From: a plasmid
Length of the DNA stretch: 64,000 nt
Sequence record: NZ_CP018188.1
Direction: 5' to 3' (one strand)
Below are positions 51,169 through 61,032 of the stretch, one piece after another (within the stretch, counting starts at the first letter, position 1; every line of letters begins with the position of its first letter). The notes under the pieces were generated by a model. That model was not told where the DNA came from. It searched no databases and worked only from the letters and a program-made list of their open reading frames with translations. A program made the position numbers and the translations under genes.

Positions 51169-51739
51169 TGAAGTGAAGCGATTTTATCTCTTTCGCAGGA
51201 GACGCTGGGTGGATACCCTGTTTGACACCCTCTACCACATTATTTTCATTCTTGGTTTTTATAGCCTTTTGAGGGGAAATCCAGACTTTCAGCTGTCTTA
51301 TTTTTATTACTATTTCATCTTGACTCATGTGGTTTCCTTGGGAAATGAGGAGTTGGAGTACGAGATTCGGTCGGGGCAATCTTTTGGCACCCAGTATGCT
51401 CTGCAATCAGTGTATAGAACTTACCTGCAACGAGCAGTGGTTTACTTTGTTTGGTTGTCTTTGATTTTCTGGATTGCCCTACTGTTGATTCGTCAGGATT
51501 TACTACCCCACTTTTCTTTGAAGGTCATCAGTTTCCAGGAACTGCTCGTGGTATTGATTGCTTTCCTGATTTTCCTCGGCTATTACTTTGTCATGATTCG
51601 ACTTACTATCCGCTTTCAACGGATTTCATTCTTGGTAGATTTTCTAAACACCGTGCTCTTATTCTACTCAGGGCTCGTATTTCCAGTGGTGAGTTTTGGG
51701 AATTTGAAGAAATTATTTGATTGGCTTTTAAGAAATTAA
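51161..51739 (+). CDS. Second ABC-associated permease
   Basis: Multi-TM protein. Start set at an internal ATG. The ORF extends back to 51134. Confidence 0.55.
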   Translation: MYNEVKRFYLFRRRRWVDTLFDTLYHIIFILGFYSLLRGNPDFQLSYFYYYFILTHVVSLGNEELEYEIRSGQSFGTQYALQSVYRTYLQRAVVYFVWLSLIFWIALLLIRQDLLPHFSLKVISFQELLVVLIAFLIFLGYYFVMIRLTIRFQRISFLVDFLNTVLLFYSGLVFPVVSFGNLKKLFDWLLRN

Positions 51740-51837
51740 GGATTCTTTTTCAATGCAGAGTCCTTTTTCTATTGTGATACTTTTTTAAAGATTTATCTGT
51801 TATGCTTGACCTAGTTTTTATAGAAAGAAGGTCTAAG

Positions 51838-52479
51838 ATGTTAAATAAAGTCAAAACTAAAGCCTTAATTAGTGTTGGAGCAGTAGCCTCAACTAGCTTT
51901 ATTCTCATGATGGGATATACTGCTGGTCAACATTCTACTGCTAAACAAAGTCGAAAAGAAATCGAGTTGGCTGCAGCTAAACTTGTAGAGGACAAACAAG
52001 TAGAAGATAAAGCAAGTATTTTATCATCAGATACTGTAAAAGAATTTTTGACACAGTACTATACGAAAGAAAAACTAGGGGAAAATAATACACGTATTCA
52101 ACCTTATATGACTGAATCGGCTTATTCTCAAGAATTGACAAGTCAAAATGATGCCATGAACCAAGTCTATAAGGACTATATTTTGGATTATCATTTTGAA
52201 AAAGCTGATATCTTTGTCAATCAGACTACGAATCAAGCTATTGTCATGGTGTCTTATAATGTAACCTATGTATCTGATTTAAAGAATGCTAACCAATCAA
52301 AGACAAACCAAACAGAAACCCGAACGGTTAAATTGTCCTATTCTAAACTACCTGGTAAGTTATTGGTCAATCAAGTACAGGTTTGGAAATCTGGATTAGA
52401 TGATTTAGATAAGGCAACTCCCAAAACCTTAGAAGACTCATCATCAGTTCCATCATTGCCAAATACTACGACAAAATGA
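51838..52479 (+). CDS. Membrane-anchored or secreted hypothetical protein
   Basis: N-terminal signal anchor (KALISVGAVASTSFILMMG). RBS gaaagaagg. Confidence 0.5.
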   Translation: MLNKVKTKALISVGAVASTSFILMMGYTAGQHSTAKQSRKEIELAAAKLVEDKQVEDKASILSSDTVKEFLTQYYTKEKLGENNTRIQPYMTESAYSQELTSQNDAMNQVYKDYILDYHFEKADIFVNQTTNQAIVMVSYNVTYVSDLKNANQSKTNQTETRTVKLSYSKLPGKLLVNQVQVWKSGLDDLDKATPKTLEDSSSVPSLPNTTTK

Positions 52480-52947
52480 TGATATTGCATGGAAATAGAA
52501 GAATGTAAGCAAATTTCAATTCTTGATGTAGCAAGTCGTTTAGGTATCTCCTTTAAACAAGTTTCTAGCAGTGTCTATGAACATCCTGAACACGTTGAGT
52601 GTGTAGCTTTGCTTGTGCGAGCTAATTCATCAGTGAAGTAGATGTTCAGCAAATGCTATAGCTTTCGTAGACTGAGGAGATTACGACGAAATAATACGGT
52701 AATTCCGAACCGCTGAGTGTGTAAGATTGCTTATAAAAGCGTAAAAACCTTGTAATGAATCAATAATGAAAAGCCTTGATTGTAAGGCTTTTCATTATTG
52801 TGATAGAATATAGTTAGTTATAAATAGAGAGCCAATAAGAAGCAGTAAAAATATTATTCATTAAATAATCAAGCTAGCGTAGACGAACTGGATAGGTTAC
52901 TAGTGAAAACTGCAAGATGTGATGTGAAAAGAATCGGAGAGTGCTTG

Positions 52948-53823
52948 ATGGATTTTAGTAGTAAGGTAGCCATAAATAAAGGCTGGTCAGATGATAAAAA
53001 ATATTGTGTGACAGATCAAAATCAGCAAAACTATTTCTTGCGTGTTTCTGATAAGGAGAAGTTAGATTCTAAAAAATTTGAATTTGATATGATGAAGAAA
53101 GTAGCTTCTCTTGGAGTTCCGATGTGTAAACCAATTAGCATTGAACTCTGCGATGACGAAGTACATTCTTTACACGAATGGATAGACGGGAAAGATGCAA
53201 GAGAAACCATTTTAACTGTTTCGAAAGAACAACAATACACTTACGGAGTAGAAGCAGGAAACATACTTCGAAAAATTCATTCACTTCCTGTTACAGAAGA
53301 TCGTGAAGATTGGGAACCCTTTTATAATCGAAAAATTGATGACAAAATCAAAAAATACAAAGAATGTCCCGTTCAATACGAAAATGGTCAGATTTTTATT
53401 GATTATTTAAATGCAAATCGAGAATGGTTAAAAGATAGACCTCAGGTTTTCCAACATGGGGATTATCATATCGGAAATTTCATGATTGGAAAAGATGGTA
53501 AAATTTATGTCATTGACTTTGATCGATTTGATCTTGGAGATCCTTGGGAGGAGTTCAATCGTATTGTGTGGTCCGCTCAAGTATCTCCCTCTTTTGCATC
53601 TGGTATGATAGATGGATATTTTGATGACAAGGTTCCAGATTTATTTTGGAAACTTCTTGCCATTTACATTCTAACTAATATAGTTGGAGCTCTACCCTGG
53701 GCTCTACCTTATGGAAGCGAAGAAATAGCAGTAATGCAAAATCAAGCTAAGGAAATTTTAGAATGGTATGATGATTTGAAGCAAATCATTCCTAGTTGGT
53801 ACTTGAATAAGATGACTGAATAA
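52948..53823 (+). CDS. Aminoglycoside/choline-kinase-family phosphotransferase (APH fold)
   Basis: HGDYHIGNFMIGKDGKIYVIDFDRFDLGDPWEEF (catalytic HGD..N loop plus DFD). Confidence 0.75.
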   Translation: MDFSSKVAINKGWSDDKKYCVTDQNQQNYFLRVSDKEKLDSKKFEFDMMKKVASLGVPMCKPISIELCDDEVHSLHEWIDGKDARETILTVSKEQQYTYGVEAGNILRKIHSLPVTEDREDWEPFYNRKIDDKIKKYKECPVQYENGQIFIDYLNANREWLKDRPQVFQHGDYHIGNFMIGKDGKIYVIDFDRFDLGDPWEEFNRIVWSAQVSPSFASGMIDGYFDDKVPDLFWKLLAIYILTNIVGALPWALPYGSEEIAVMQNQAKEILEWYDDLKQIIPSWYLNKMTE

Positions 53824-53953
53824 TATAAAGGTTGAAATATCAGTTTGAAAAAATGTCAAGATTATTTGCTCATATTATAACGAATTCAATTCTTTATTAA
53901 TACCTATCGAGAATTATCTTGAAACTTGGAATGTTGTTTCGGAGTCAAGTTAC

Positions 53954-54571
53954 ATGAAAGAATATATTTTAAATTTAGAAAAAGAATTCTCTTTGATAGA
54001 AAATGGATTTAAAGAAGAAGAGAAGAGAGCTCTTGCTGACTATCTATCAAACGATAATGCCTATACTAAAGAATTAGCATTTTTAGCCTTTAAATCCAAT
54101 GTATATCAAGTTAGAATGTATAGTGTATTTCTCTTTGGACATTTGTCATCGTATGAAGAAATTTTGAACTTCATGAGAGATGAGGTTTCAAAAGATGAAA
54201 ATTGGAGAGTTCAAGAAGTATTAGCAAAAGCATTTGATGAATTTTGTAAGCAAACAGGTTATGAAAAATCTCTTCCGGTTATTGACGACTGGCTACAAAA
54301 TAATAATCCAAATGTCAGAAGAGCTGTTACAGAAGGTTTGAGAATATGGACGAGTAGACCATATTTCAAGGATAATCCAGATGAAGCTATTAAACGAATC
54401 GCAACATTAAAAGAAGATTCTAGTGAATATGTTAGAAAATCAGTTGGTAATGCTTTGAGGGATATTAGCAAAAAATTTCCAGACTTGATTAAAGAAGAAC
54501 TTGATAGTTGGGACATTAAGAGTAAAGAGATTCAAAAAGTTTACAAGTTAGCAAGTAAATTTATTAAGTGA
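53954..54571 (+). CDS. DNA-alkylation-repair-family protein (HEAT-like repeats, PF08713-like)
   Basis: NVRRAVTEGLRIW....YVRKSVGNALRDISKKFPDL pattern. Confidence 0.6.
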   Translation: MKEYILNLEKEFSLIENGFKEEEKRALADYLSNDNAYTKELAFLAFKSNVYQVRMYSVFLFGHLSSYEEILNFMRDEVSKDENWRVQEVLAKAFDEFCKQTGYEKSLPVIDDWLQNNNPNVRRAVTEGLRIWTSRPYFKDNPDEAIKRIATLKEDSSEYVRKSVGNALRDISKKFPDLIKEELDSWDIKSKEIQKVYKLASKFIK

Positions 54572-54720
54572 CAATTATCAGCTACAAAGTTGGAAAAATG
54601 GTAACTATAAAATATTTTCAATCTAAAGTTTAATTTTAAACAACAACTCTATCTCTTTCGTTCTATAATATAGATGTTGACTAACTCCATACGTGGAGTG
54701 TGTAGCTTTGCTTGTATGAA

Positions 54721-55115
54721 AGGAAGCAAGAGATGATTTAAGTCAGTTAGATCTTCTAGCTTGGGGAACAAAAGATATGCCGACATTTCTTTTCTGTCTG
54801 ATGGAATCGGCATTAGACAATTACCGAGGATTTTATTCCTTGAGAGATTTGATGGAGGATGCTAACGGTACCCTTCAGCAAGGTTACGATAAAGCAGTTT
54901 ACTGGATCTATAGTGGTGTCAAAGGACAATATAAATATTAGAAGGAGAAAAAATGACTAAACATAGCTATGTTACGAAATTTAAGCGTAAAGACGAAACC
55001 GTCTTTACGAAAAGGTTTTTAGCTTCAGATTTATTTGAGGCTGATGAACATGCGCTAGAGTATGCCACTAAGCGAGATATTCTCTATCTCGACTTAGGGC
55101 ATGCAGGATAGTAGT
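54721..55115 (+). repeat. Copy 3 of the element-terminus segment (3' part of the 216-aa gene plus the small gene)
   Basis: About 90% identical to 18961-19350. Confidence 0.75.
54953..55111 (+). CDS. 52-aa paralogue of the small terminus protein
   Basis: MTKHSYVTKFKRKDETVFTKRFLASDLFEADEHALEYATKRDILYLDLGHAG. Same RBS as copy 1. Confidence 0.5.
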   Translation: MTKHSYVTKFKRKDETVFTKRFLASDLFEADEHALEYATKRDILYLDLGHAG

Positions 55116-55184
55116 CAGTAGAAAGTAGAAGCTGGGACAAAAGTCCTAGCTTCTCAATACATTCCTCTTTTAATTAATTTATCT

Positions 55185-56006
55185 CTACAATTCTCTAATA
55201 AGGGCTGCAATTTTTTTCGATTCTGACCACTGTAGATAGTGGTGGCTCCCACCTAGAATGAGTTTTGTATTAGAATTCCAATATTCTGAATCTCTATACT
55301 CTTTTTCTCTGTACGCCTGACAAAATACGAAAACAGGAATATTATCTGCTAAGGACAAACTATCAAAATCTTCAGAAGTAATATTTACAGATATCTGAAA
55401 TCCAGGAACTTGATTTTCCAATTCTAAGCCCTTTTCTTCCATCAATTCCCAAATCAGTCTATCAGTTTCAGGTTCAAATGTTGCTTGAGTTAGTCCCTTA
55501 AAATAATTTTCCGGACCACATTCTTCGATCATTCTCATTTGCTCTTCCATTTTTGGATAAGGATTTTTTGAAAAATCAGCAAACATTACATTTTTTGTTG
55601 TTGGTTCAATTGCTATCAAAGCTTGACACTTAATTGGTTTACTCATTAACTTTAAAGCCAAAACACCACTTAAACTATGAACACAAAGTATATAATTGGA
55701 AATTTCCAATCCTTTCAGGATTTCGTATACCGCTTCAACAAGATTATCCAAATTAATTCCTGTTTGATTATGAATCGGACTCCTACCTGTATTCGGAAAA
55801 TCAATCGTAAGGTAACCTATTGAGGAAGGAAGTTTTTCAAGTATTGGTAGAAAATTTTCATAACTCGGTATCAAACCAGCACCATTTAAACAAACTAGTA
55901 CTTTATTTCGCTTTTTATAAGTAACAGAGAAACAACCAATCTTTGTAGTTACTTCAAATCGGTTCATATCAAAACAACTCTTTCTATACAACAATTCAAT
56001 TAACAA
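55185..56006 (-). CDS. Alpha/beta-fold hydrolase
   Basis: Nucleophile elbow VHSLSG. 273 aa. Confidence 0.65.
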   Translation of the reverse strand: MLIELLYRKSCFDMNRFEVTTKIGCFSVTYKKRNKVLVCLNGAGLIPSYENFLPILEKLPSSIGYLTIDFPNTGRSPIHNQTGINLDNLVEAVYEILKGLEISNYILCVHSLSGVLALKLMSKPIKCQALIAIEPTTKNVMFADFSKNPYPKMEEQMRMIEECGPENYFKGLTQATFEPETDRLIWELMEEKGLELENQVPGFQISVNITSEDFDSLSLADNIPVFVFCQAYREKEYRDSEYWNSNTKLILGGSHHYLQWSESKKIAALIREL

Positions 56007-56059
56007 CCTTACGTTTTATTTTATCACGTTCAGAGGATTTTCTCAAAAGCTCTTTTTTG

Positions 56060-56299
56060 CTAGAAACTGCTCCAAATCCTTTGCAGACTGGTATATGACA
56101 GCTGCTGTTTGATCCTTTTCAAGGTGGGGTCGATATCATTAATAGTAGCGATTAAAACTGTATAGTGAATGATATCAGCCAGTTCTTTGGCCTCTTCCTC
56201 ATTTGAATCCCGAAGCCCCTCTTTTTGTCCAGAATGTCCATTTAAGACCTCAGCTACTTTACCAACCTCTTCGACGAGTTTGATATACAGCCCTTCCAC
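56060..56299 (-). pseudogene. N-terminally truncated MazG-like NTP pyrophosphohydrolase fragment
   Basis: EEVGKVAEVL...EELADIIHYTVLIATINDIDP is a MazG core. The ORF begins abruptly at a homology junction and has no ATG. Confidence 0.45.
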
Positions 56300-56559
56300 A
56301 AGAAGGGACCTTTGATATCATTTTAGATAGCCAAGATCAGGCTGTCTGCATTGTCGAAATAACAAAGGTTTCTGTTCAGCCTTTTCATCAAGTGTCAGCT
56401 GACCATGCCTTCAAGGAAGGGGAAGGTGACAAATCCCTAGCCTATTGGCGTCAGGTTCATGAGGCCTGTTTCTCCGAGTGGCTGAGAGAGGCAGGAATGA
56501 CTTTTACACCTAACAGCAAGGTTGTTTTAGAAGAATTTCGCAAGGTTTATCCATTATAG
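56296..56559 (+). pseudogene. 5'-truncated copy of the ASCH-domain gene
   Basis: Matches the 3' 264 bp of 34277..34717 at about 88% identity. Confidence 0.6.
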
Positions 56560-56625
56560 AACATGAGAGTAGGGCTGTAAAAGCTGATGAAATCAGCGTA
56601 GTAGAGCCCACTCAACCACTGCGTC

Positions 56626-56958
56626 TTGCTCGACAATCCAAAGACAATTGAGAGGCTAGGATTTTGTCCCAGCCTCTTTTTAAAGGGGATATTCGAGATG
56701 CGTTTTATTTCTAAAAGTGACAGAGATTTGGCTTTTGAACAGGCTCTCTTGAGATATGATATCATAAAAAAAGGGCTACTTAAGATTTCGAAAGAAGAGC
56801 TGTCATCGGCACAAGAGACAACTCTAGAAGAGTTAGATGAAATGTCTGGAGTTGTTAAGCAACTAACGTGTGGGGAAGCAGTTGCAGATTTAATTGCCTA
56901 TGCTTTCCTAGATGATATGGAGTTAAATTGGGAATTTTCCCAAGCTAGTGACTCCTAA
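56626..56958 (+). CDS. Hypothetical acidic protein (110 aa)
   Basis: Intact ORF. A degraded copy lies at 34990-35165. Confidence 0.5.
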   Translation: MLDNPKTIERLGFCPSLFLKGIFEMRFISKSDRDLAFEQALLRYDIIKKGLLKISKEELSSAQETTLEELDEMSGVVKQLTCGEAVADLIAYAFLDDMELNWEFSQASDS

Positions 56959-57029
56959 TAGTAGAAATTAAAAAGGCACTTAAAGTTTTTTAACTTTGAG
57001 TGCCTTTTTTTGTTACTTTTTTGTATCTT

Positions 57030-57037
57030 TTACGAAT
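57030..57037 (+). promoter_or_regulatory. cin-box TACGAATA, second copy
   Basis: Same context as 37047 and 33 nt upstream of the ATG at 57070. Confidence 0.5.
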
Positions 57038-57069
57038 AGATATATTGTAGAAAATAGGAGGTATATAAA

Positions 57070-57252
57070 ATGATGACTTATGATGAAGTAATGGAAGCGA
57101 TAGAAAGAGGGTTTATCAAGGGCGATAAGATCAGTATTGTCCGACGAAATGGGAAAATCCATGATTATGTCTTGCCAGGAGAGAAAGTAGAACCTGGAGA
57201 AATGGTGACAGAAGAGGACGTAGAAACTGTACTTGAAGAGTTGAGGGAATAG
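57070..57252 (+). CDS. 60-aa paralogue of the putative ComX-dependent small protein
   Basis: Nearly identical N-terminal 46 aa to 37086..37271. Confidence 0.55.
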   Translation: MMTYDEVMEAIERGFIKGDKISIVRRNGKIHDYVLPGEKVEPGEMVTEEDVETVLEELRE

Positions 57253-57548
57253 GATGAGAGAGAGTTTTTATTTGAGAAATAGATTGATTTATCTTTAGTT
57301 ATAATTCTATACAAAAATTGGTGATATTTTATGGAAGAGGTCAAATTTTATAGTATGTTGGAAAAGAAAGAGGAGAAGTGAGAACATGATATCACCTGAA
57401 TTCAACAGTCAACAAAATTGAGATTGAAGTAGTGACACATTAATTAGTGTCTCTACTTTTTTTAATTATGGAAGTGTTTTCGTGGTATAATATGGAAAAA
57501 GTGTAGTTTCATTATATTGAGACAATTTATAAGAAATGAGAGTTCATC

Positions 57549-59321
57549 ATGCGTAATGATATTCAGCCAAGTCTACAAACAGTAGAACAATATTTTTCTA
57601 AATCTGAATTTTATATTCCTAGCTACCAGAGACCGTATGCGTGGCAGGTGGCACAATGTGATCAGTTAATTGAAGACATCAATCAGCATATGGAAAACTT
57701 CGATAAAGATTCACAGGACAATTACTTCTTTGGAGCAGTACTGATTGCCCAAGAATCTGGTGAGGATCATGATGTTACACTAATTGATGGTCAACAAAGA
57801 ACAACTACCTTTATGTTGTTATTAAAAGCGTTGTTACTTAAAATTGAGAGTGAATTAGCTATCCAACCTCAAGACGATGCAGATGGTAGACGACTTATTA
57901 AGAGACTGAACGGATTAAAAGAACAAATTGCATCATTGCTGTTTAATATGTCTGAGGATGAACTAGATGATTTTGTTGATGGGCTATCATTCCCAACTGT
58001 TGAAATGATAAAGTACATTAATGATTCCATCTCAGAAAAATACGCTTTTGACATGCAGGCAATTCTACTTGGACGCAATTTTGAAGAAATAAAACAGAAT
58101 GTTCATCAAATATACCGTCGCCAAAAAGATAATCGCTATACGAACTTCTACAAAAATTTCCGATATTTCTACAATACTTGCAAAGAATTGAGTGTTATTA
58201 ATTGCATTAATTTTGCTAATCATTTTATAAAAAATTGCCAAGTCATCACCATTACAAGTTTTAATACTGACCAAGCTATTAATATTTTTAACTCTTTAAA
58301 TGGTACTGGTGTACCCTTGACTCCAATTGAAGTCATTGTTTCCAAAACAACTGCTAGTGCTGCAGATAGAAAAACATTTGAAAATAATTGGCAGGAGATA
58401 GTAGAATGGGCTGACAAGTCAAATCTTGATTTGAATACGTTGATGACACATTATATTTTCACTAAGCTATCGCAACAAAATGGTACAGACAGAAGGAATC
58501 CCGGAATACGCGCATTCTTTAATAAGAATAAGGAACTTCTTAATGATGATGTTGTCTTTACAGATGATTTGAAAAAGATACTCCATACTTATTTGCTTAC
58601 ATCAGAAACTTCGATTGGTAGAGTAGTCAGTCAGCTTAATGGTAATTTAAGGCCATTTGTGAGTAGCTATCTATTTTTCCGAGATGATAAGAGATATATT
58701 GAGTACCTGATGCGAATTGGTATCTTAATTGAATTATCAGAGTTATCATACAGTCATGGATTATTCAAAGGCTTTCTTGAGGAAATCAATTTGTTGTATA
58801 GTCAAGTCGATATATTTTCAACAGAGTCATTGATTGATAAGGTTCGAGAGCATATACGTTTGAATTTTGAATATGAAAATGTTAAACAAACACTTTTAGA
58901 GAGTGGAGTCTCAAATGCTCTTATTTATGTGAATGAGTACCTATTTGCAACCGAACATGCTATAAATCTAAAGCTTGACGGAAATATAGACATCGAACAT
59001 ATTATGCCAAAAAGTGGGATTAACAGAGAGCACATCATGCATGATATAGGTGTCGATGATCCGGATGAATTTCGTGAATATGCTGAGAAGTTAGGAAACA
59101 AGATTTTACTTGAAGCAGAAATAAATCGTGGTATTGGAGATGCCTGGTTTAGAACTAAGAAGGAAAATCATATCTCTAAGGGTAATGGATATATTGGTAG
59201 TAAGTTTCCAATAGCTCAGTCTCTCGTAACGTATACCAAAGATACTTGGACTAAAGAGGATATTGATTTAGCTACAGAGAAAGCAGCAAAACGAATAGCA
59301 GACTTTGTTTTTGAGCTATAA
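57549..59321 (+). CDS. GmrSD-family protein (N-terminal DUF262 ParB-like NTPase/nuclease, C-terminal DUF1524 His-Me finger); putative type IV restriction or defence nuclease
   Basis: DGQQRTTT motif at ~aa 80. C-terminal DIEHIMPKS... Confidence 0.7.
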   Translation: MRNDIQPSLQTVEQYFSKSEFYIPSYQRPYAWQVAQCDQLIEDINQHMENFDKDSQDNYFFGAVLIAQESGEDHDVTLIDGQQRTTTFMLLLKALLLKIESELAIQPQDDADGRRLIKRLNGLKEQIASLLFNMSEDELDDFVDGLSFPTVEMIKYINDSISEKYAFDMQAILLGRNFEEIKQNVHQIYRRQKDNRYTNFYKNFRYFYNTCKELSVINCINFANHFIKNCQVITITSFNTDQAINIFNSLNGTGVPLTPIEVIVSKTTASAADRKTFENNWQEIVEWADKSNLDLNTLMTHYIFTKLSQQNGTDRRNPGIRAFFNKNKELLNDDVVFTDDLKKILHTYLLTSETSIGRVVSQLNGNLRPFVSSYLFFRDDKRYIEYLMRIGILIELSELSYSHGLFKGFLEEINLLYSQVDIFSTESLIDKVREHIRLNFEYENVKQTLLESGVSNALIYVNEYLFATEHAINLKLDGNIDIEHIMPKSGINREHIMHDIGVDDPDEFREYAEKLGNKILLEAEINRGIGDAWFRTKKENHISKGNGYIGSKFPIAQSLVTYTKDTWTKEDIDLATEKAAKRIADFVFEL

Positions 59322-59399
59322 TTTTTAGTTCTAGTTATCCGAGAAAAGGATAATATTATTGTGTCAATAAAGTGATTACTTATAGAAAGTAGTAGTAAT

Positions 59400-60251
59400 A
59401 TGAGAATTAATATTGTTGAGAAAAATGAGGTAAAATTCTATGGTATAGAAAATCATGCGTCAGAATCAAGTGACTTTACCTCTTTTTGGAAAAACTATTA
59501 TAAGTATGTCGCTGCTGATTATAACGCACCAGTTGGATATATTTCGGCTCCAGATGAACATGGTGATTTTACATATTATACATGTATTGGTCATGTTCCT
59601 AAAAACTCTGATAGGTTTAAAGAAGTAATCCTTCCAAGTGGCAATTATGCTATCATTGAACTAATAGGCTCTGTCGAAAAAACAATTCCTAAAGCATGGG
59701 AGTTTGCTAAGGAGAATTTTGTAATAAAAAATAGTCCTAGTCTTGAAGTCTATAGTGTTGGGGATAGATTAAACAAGAAGTATCGTATGGAACTCTGGAT
59801 TCCTATTTCGGAAGTGTTACCAAACTTTAAGAAGAACACCAGTAAAATCGGTACTTTGAAAAGGAAGGTATCAGATTCAATTGAAGATACTATTGAATTT
59901 TCAAAGACTGATAATGGGAAAAAATTCCTAAAAGTTGGAGGAGCTATCCTTACGGTAGGTGCAGCAGCATTATTACTAGCTAAACAATTAGGTCATGACG
60001 CAAATAATGAGGAAGTCAGTGACAGTCAAAGTGATGAAAATATTTCCATTTCCGAAGTTACTGACAACGATGGTTCCAATTCTGAAGTTACTGACAACGA
60101 TGATTCTAATTTGGTTGTGACACATGACTATCCAGATGTAAGAAAGTCTCCAATAGTACATACTGTCCATAGAGGGGAAACAACTTTTATTCGTGGTGGC
60201 ACAGATGAAGAGAAACAAAGATTTAGAGAAGAGAATAATTTGGATTTCTAA
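59400..60251 (+). CDS. GyrI-like (AraC effector-binding-type) domain protein with a TM helix and Ser/Asp-rich repeats
   Basis: N-terminal ~150 aa resemble a GyrI-like fold (FWKNYYKYV...YYTCIGHV). Then a TM segment and a tandem SEVTDNDGSN repeat. Confidence 0.45.
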   Translation: MRINIVEKNEVKFYGIENHASESSDFTSFWKNYYKYVAADYNAPVGYISAPDEHGDFTYYTCIGHVPKNSDRFKEVILPSGNYAIIELIGSVEKTIPKAWEFAKENFVIKNSPSLEVYSVGDRLNKKYRMELWIPISEVLPNFKKNTSKIGTLKRKVSDSIEDTIEFSKTDNGKKFLKVGGAILTVGAAALLLAKQLGHDANNEEVSDSQSDENISISEVTDNDGSNSEVTDNDDSNLVVTHDYPDVRKSPIVHTVHRGETTFIRGGTDEEKQRFREENNLDF

Positions 60252-60469
60252 CACAACGGTTCTAGTAAATACGTTGTGTTAGAAATATAGTTTCTTTGAA
60301 TTTTTTTTGGTGTTTTTCTGACATTTGGACATCTTATTTGGTTAGATGATATCCTACACAAAATGTGTCAATGATATCATACTGACATCAAGATAATTAT
60401 AGGAGATTGAAAAGAAATAAAAAAACTGAAATAAAGGGTCCTCTGAGCTTCGCATACAAGACCTGTTAT

Positions 60470-60700
60470 GATATACTTATATCAAGGTTAAGGAATGAGG
60501 TTTCTCCCCTCGCCTTAACCCGACCATTGTTGTTGTAAGGTTAGACGAGATTTCTCCTCTCGCATCTAACATAATCTATTAAGTTCTATTAGTTATGAAT
60601 CAGGGACCTCCCCCAAAGCATAACTATCCTTTCTGTTTTTAGTGTTATGAGGTTTCTCCCCTCGCTGTTAAACTAAAAATAGTCATTGTTTTTCTTCTCC
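60470..60700. repeat. Cluster of four or more imperfect palindromic units sharing a GAGGTTTCTCC(C/T)CTCGC core
   Basis: Units near 60486-60521, 60535-60570, 60595-60630 and 60640-60680 each form a stem-loop with variable outer stems. Confidence 0.55.
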
Positions 60701-61032
60701 AGAGAAATTTCTCTTGGGAAGAGAGGTAGTCCATTAAGGGCTGCCTCTTTTTTGTTGTCAACAGAAACTTATTTTGAATAGAAAAAACCATCGGAACTAC
60801 AGGAAGTCCCAATGGTTACAACAACAATATTTTCAAAAAACAATGACGTTTCAAGAAAAAGAAGATATGGAGAAGAAGGAGAAAAGCAACCTCTCCATAA
60901 AATTCCCCGAAGGGAAAAACAATGACTGTGTTTAGTAGTACTCCTAAACACATTTTTAGTATAGCTTATTGATAGGGTTATTTCAATGCTAGGAAACCAG
61001 AATAAGCTCGAAAGTCAACCTATGTCACTAGG

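Noticed and set aside
60470-60700. CRISPR array
   Set aside because: The repeats are imperfect and the units have unequal lengths. Each unit is itself palindromic across what would be its spacer. No cas genes are present.
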